DNA of 64,000 nt from an uncultured Candidatus Rokubacteria bacterium (GTDB taxonomy: Bacteria; Methylomirabilota; Methylomirabilia; Rokubacteriales; DASRDR01), in contig CAWDVE010000020.1 in NCBI GenBank assembly GCA_963805625.1, forward strand, positions 1-64,000, written 5' to 3'. The first letter of the stretch is position 1. The number at the start of each line of letters is the position of its first letter. The translations under genes and the position numbers were made by a program. Below the pieces are notes generated by a model. It had not been told where the DNA came from and searched no databases. It saw nothing but the letters and a program-made list of their open reading frames with translations. Of the stretch, positions 61,447 to 64,000 are shown piece by piece.

Positions 61447-61833
61447 TCAGAGGCTGCGCTTCCGTCCCCGGAGTCCCCGCCGGCTTCCCTTGCGCTTGAA
61501 CGACTTGCCCGGGGCGGGCCGGGATCGGTCGCCGGCCCCGCCTGAGCGGTTCGGGTCGAATGAACGCGGGCCGTCCCGCCGCGGCGGGCGGTCCTCGGCG
61601 GCATTCACCGTGAGCTTGCGCCCATCGACCTCGCGGTCATGAAAGAGCCGGATTGCCTCGGCCGCCTCGGCCTCGTTGCCGAACTGGACGAAGGCGAACC
61701 CCCGCGGGCGGCCGGTCTCGCGATCAGCGGGCAGGTAAACCTCGACGACGCTGCCGGCCTCGGACAGAAGCTGCGTGAGGGCATCTGCGGTGGTTCCGAG
61801 GTTCAGATTTCCGACGAAGACACGGGCTGGAAT
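61447..61833 (-). CDS. RRM RNA-binding protein with an ATT start codon (absent from the ORF track)
   Basis: GGAGGAG RBS, 7 nt, ATT-PARVFVGNL (RNP2)...DRETGRPRGFAFVQF (RNP1)...GRKLTVNAA; basic tail; TGA at 61447. Confidence 0.88.
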   Translation of the reverse strand: MPARVFVGNLNLGTTADALTQLLSEAGSVVEVYLPADRETGRPRGFAFVQFGNEAEAAEAIRLFHDREVDGRKLTVNAAEDRPPRRDGPRSFDPNRSGGAGDRSRPAPGKSFKRKGSRRGLRGRKRSL

Positions 61834-61894
61834 GGCTGGTCTCCTCCCTGGTCAATCGGGTTGGTCGGTCTCGGTCCCCGTCGGGACAGATCGG

Positions 61895-62131
61895 TCAGTA
61901 GCCCTCACGCCGGGCCGCGCGGATCGCCTCGGCCGCCTTGATCTCCTCGGCGAACATCCCCACCTGGAGCGGACAGGGCGGCTCGTTCGCCTCGACGTAC
62001 TGGCACTCCGACTGGTTGCACTGGACGAAGTAGCCGGTGGGGCGCGTGAGGTGGGTCGGCCGCGTCAGCCGGATCATCACGGGCTCGGACACGACGGGGC
62101 ACCAGAACTCGCGAGGGCGGGTCGCGCGCAT
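61895..62131 (-). CDS. Small hypothetical protein with four Cys
   Basis: FWCP...VQCNQSECQYV..N.PPCPL; purine-rich RBS; GC3-rich codons. Confidence 0.7.
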   Translation of the reverse strand: MRATRPREFWCPVVSEPVMIRLTRPTHLTRPTGYFVQCNQSECQYVEANEPPCPLQVGMFAEEIKAAEAIRAARREGY

Positions 62132-62243
62132 GGGCGTGCCTCTCACCCTCGCCCGGCACGGCCTGCGGGTCGACGCCGCCCCCGGCCGTCGCGACGCCTC
62201 GGCCCCGGGCGCGACACCCGCGTGCAGCTCGTCGGGACCCGGC

Positions 62244-62531
62244 CTACCAACGGGGCGGGCGTCGCGATCCGCCGCCGCCGTTGCCCGGCGCCTTGGCCAC
62301 GCTGACCAGGAGCTTGCGTCCCTCGAACATCTGATCGTTCAGCTTCGAGATCGCCTCCTGCGCCTCCGCCGCCGTGGACATTTCCACGAACCCGAAGCCC
62401 CGGGACTGGCCGGAGAAACGGTCGGTGACCACCGTCGCCGATTCGACCGTGCCACACTGGGCGAAGTACTCCCGAAGGCTGTCCGAGGTCGTCGAATACG
62501 AAAGCCCGCCGACGTAGAGCTTGGACGCCAT
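62244..62531 (-). CDS. RRM RNA-binding protein
   Basis: KLYVGGL (RNP2) and DRFSGQSRGFGFVEM (RNP1); GGAGG RBS. Confidence 0.95.
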   Translation of the reverse strand: MASKLYVGGLSYSTTSDSLREYFAQCGTVESATVVTDRFSGQSRGFGFVEMSTAAEAQEAISKLNDQMFEGRKLLVSVAKAPGNGGGGSRRPPRW

Positions 62532-62824
62532 CGTGGCCTCCACTGGACCCTGGGTCCACCGTTTCCGCGACCTTGGTTCGCGCCCCGAACACGCGGAAGT
62601 GCTATCGGCGGCGAGGCTGGATCCGTCCTCGAATCCGGCAAGAGTGCCATCGTGGAGAATAGCACACCCGTGGGCTGTCCTGGCGCCCGCGGAATGGCGT
62701 CTCCCGCAGACGGGCGCGGGCGGGCGGCGCCGTCGTCGATCGGGGCCGGTGCACGAAAACGCAAGCTCTGCAGGGGCTTAGGCGCCGCGGTCGGGCCCGG
62801 GCGCGCCCATCAGTCGCGCGGCCC

Positions 62825-63769
62825 CTACCCGCCGGCGACGCCCTGCGTGTTCACGTAGAGCGCGTAGAGCCCGTGGCTCGCCGCCATGAAGAGACGATTG
62901 CGGTAGCGGCCGCCGAAGCACACATTCGCGCAGCGCTCGGGCAAATCGATGTGGCCGAGCGGCTGGCCGCTCGCGGAGAACACACGCACGCCATCCAACT
63001 CGGCATCGCCCATGCCCCAGCCGCACCACAGATTACCGTCGACGTCGATCCGGAACCCGTCGGGAGAGCCACCCGGCCCCGCATCGATCAGCACCTTGCC
63101 GGGCCCGAGCCGCGTGCCGTGGGCGGTCACGGCGTAGGCGAGGATGGTCCGGTTGGGCATGGTGCGCGAGGCCACCACGTAGAGGGTCTTCTCGTCGGGC
63201 GAGAAGGCGAGCCCGTTGGGACCGGCGATGTCGTCGGCCATCACGGCGAGCTGGCCCGTCTTGCCGTCCAGCCGATAGACCGCCGGCGTGTTCTCCGACT
63301 CGTCCTTGTGGCCTTCGTAGTAGCCCAGGATGCCGAACACCGGGTCGGTGAACCATATCGAGCCGTCCTGCGCCACCACGACGTCATTCGGCGAGTTGAG
63401 CTTCCGGCCGTTGTAGGAATCGACCAGGACCGTGATGCTGCCGTCATACTCCGTGCGCGTGATGCGCCGTGAATCGTGCTCGCAGGTAACGAGCCGGCCC
63501 TGGCGGTCGCGGGTGTTGCCGTTCGCGTTGTTGGACGGCTGGCGGAAGGCCGACACCGTCCCGGTCTCCTCGTCCCATCGCAGGATCCGGTTGTTCGGGA
63601 TGTCGCTCCACAGGAGGTAGCGCCCGTCGCCGAACCACACTGGACCTTCCGACCACCGGCAACCCGTGAACAGCCGCTCGACGGAGGCCTGCGCCAGCCG
63701 GTACTTGCTGAACGCCGGATCGAGCACCCGAACCGCCGGATCCGGATAGCGCTCGTTCGGTTGCCACAT
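62825..63769 (-). CDS. SMP-30/gluconolactonase family protein
   Basis: EGPVW, WSDIPN, NSPND, FTDP, PNGLAFS and PDG..D..GNLW. Confidence 0.94.
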   Translation of the reverse strand: MWQPNERYPDPAVRVLDPAFSKYRLAQASVERLFTGCRWSEGPVWFGDGRYLLWSDIPNNRILRWDEETGTVSAFRQPSNNANGNTRDRQGRLVTCEHDSRRITRTEYDGSITVLVDSYNGRKLNSPNDVVVAQDGSIWFTDPVFGILGYYEGHKDESENTPAVYRLDGKTGQLAVMADDIAGPNGLAFSPDEKTLYVVASRTMPNRTILAYAVTAHGTRLGPGKVLIDAGPGGSPDGFRIDVDGNLWCGWGMGDAELDGVRVFSASGQPLGHIDLPERCANVCFGGRYRNRLFMAASHGLYALYVNTQGVAGG

Positions 63770-63823
63770 GGTGTCGTCTCCCCCTGGCTTGGACCGACCC
63801 GAAGGACGCCAGGCTAAAGCAGA

Positions 63824-63847
63824 TCGGGGGGCATTGCCGCCCCCCGA
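63824..63847 (-). terminator. Hairpin downstream of the tRNA 3' fragment (probable original tRNA terminator)
   Basis: Perfect 9-bp stem TCGGGGGGC/GCCCCCCGA, followed by TCTGCTTT on the reverse strand. Confidence 0.55.
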
Positions 63848-63852
63848 CTGTG

Positions 63853-63890
63853 TGGTGAACCGTGAAGGAATCGAACCTTCAACCTACCGA
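63853..63890 (-). mobile_element. 3' half of a tRNA (Lys-like); probable att site of an element integrated to the right of the window
   Basis: TCGGT-AGGTT-GAAGG-TTCGATT-CCTTC-ACGGTTC-A-CCA gives an anticodon-stem 3' strand, T-arm, acceptor strand and CCA; no D-arm or anticodon upstream. Confidence 0.75.
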
Positions 63891-64000
63891 GTCAGTTCGC
63901 GCCGAAGCAGTAGAGCAGGCCGGCCCCGCCCGTGCTCACTAGATTCTGCTGGCTGCACCCATTGCTCAGGTGCACCGCATTCCACGAGGAGTTGGGACCG

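Overview
High-GC (~70%+ by eye), gene-dense bacterial chromosome segment. The gene content and style suggest Candidatus Rokubacteria/Methylomirabilota, but this is inference only. Most of it is core or housekeeping: glnD, hisC, tmk-holB-ricT-metG-tatD, moaC, nrtR-nadA-nadC-cysteine desulfurase, typA, tRNA-Leu(TAG)-tig-clpP-clpX-rsmI-tatC-DEAD helicase, ABC transporters, copCD, glyco-modification enzymes and hypothetical proteins. The most notable features are: (1) an interleaved tungstate (Tup) plus molybdate (Mod) uptake operon under an HTH_17-PBP regulator whose promoter carries four 10-bp-phased ATCAA repeats; (2) a cluster of two RRM RNA-binding genes alternating with two small Cys-rich ORFs, one RRM gene starting at ATT and missed by the ORF track; (3) an actinobacterial-type, nadB-less NAD operon with two 21-bp NrtR boxes; (4) a promoter-leader-terminator module with a possible uORF in front of DUF465-moaC-acuC; (5) pervasive -10 boxes placed 5-10 nt before start codons (leaderless-type genes); (6) three decayed genes, two with internal deletions; (7) a 3' tRNA fragment at the right edge that probably marks the att end of an integrated element. 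No CRISPR array, rRNA, transposase or integrase is visible. All product calls come from motif recognition without database searches.
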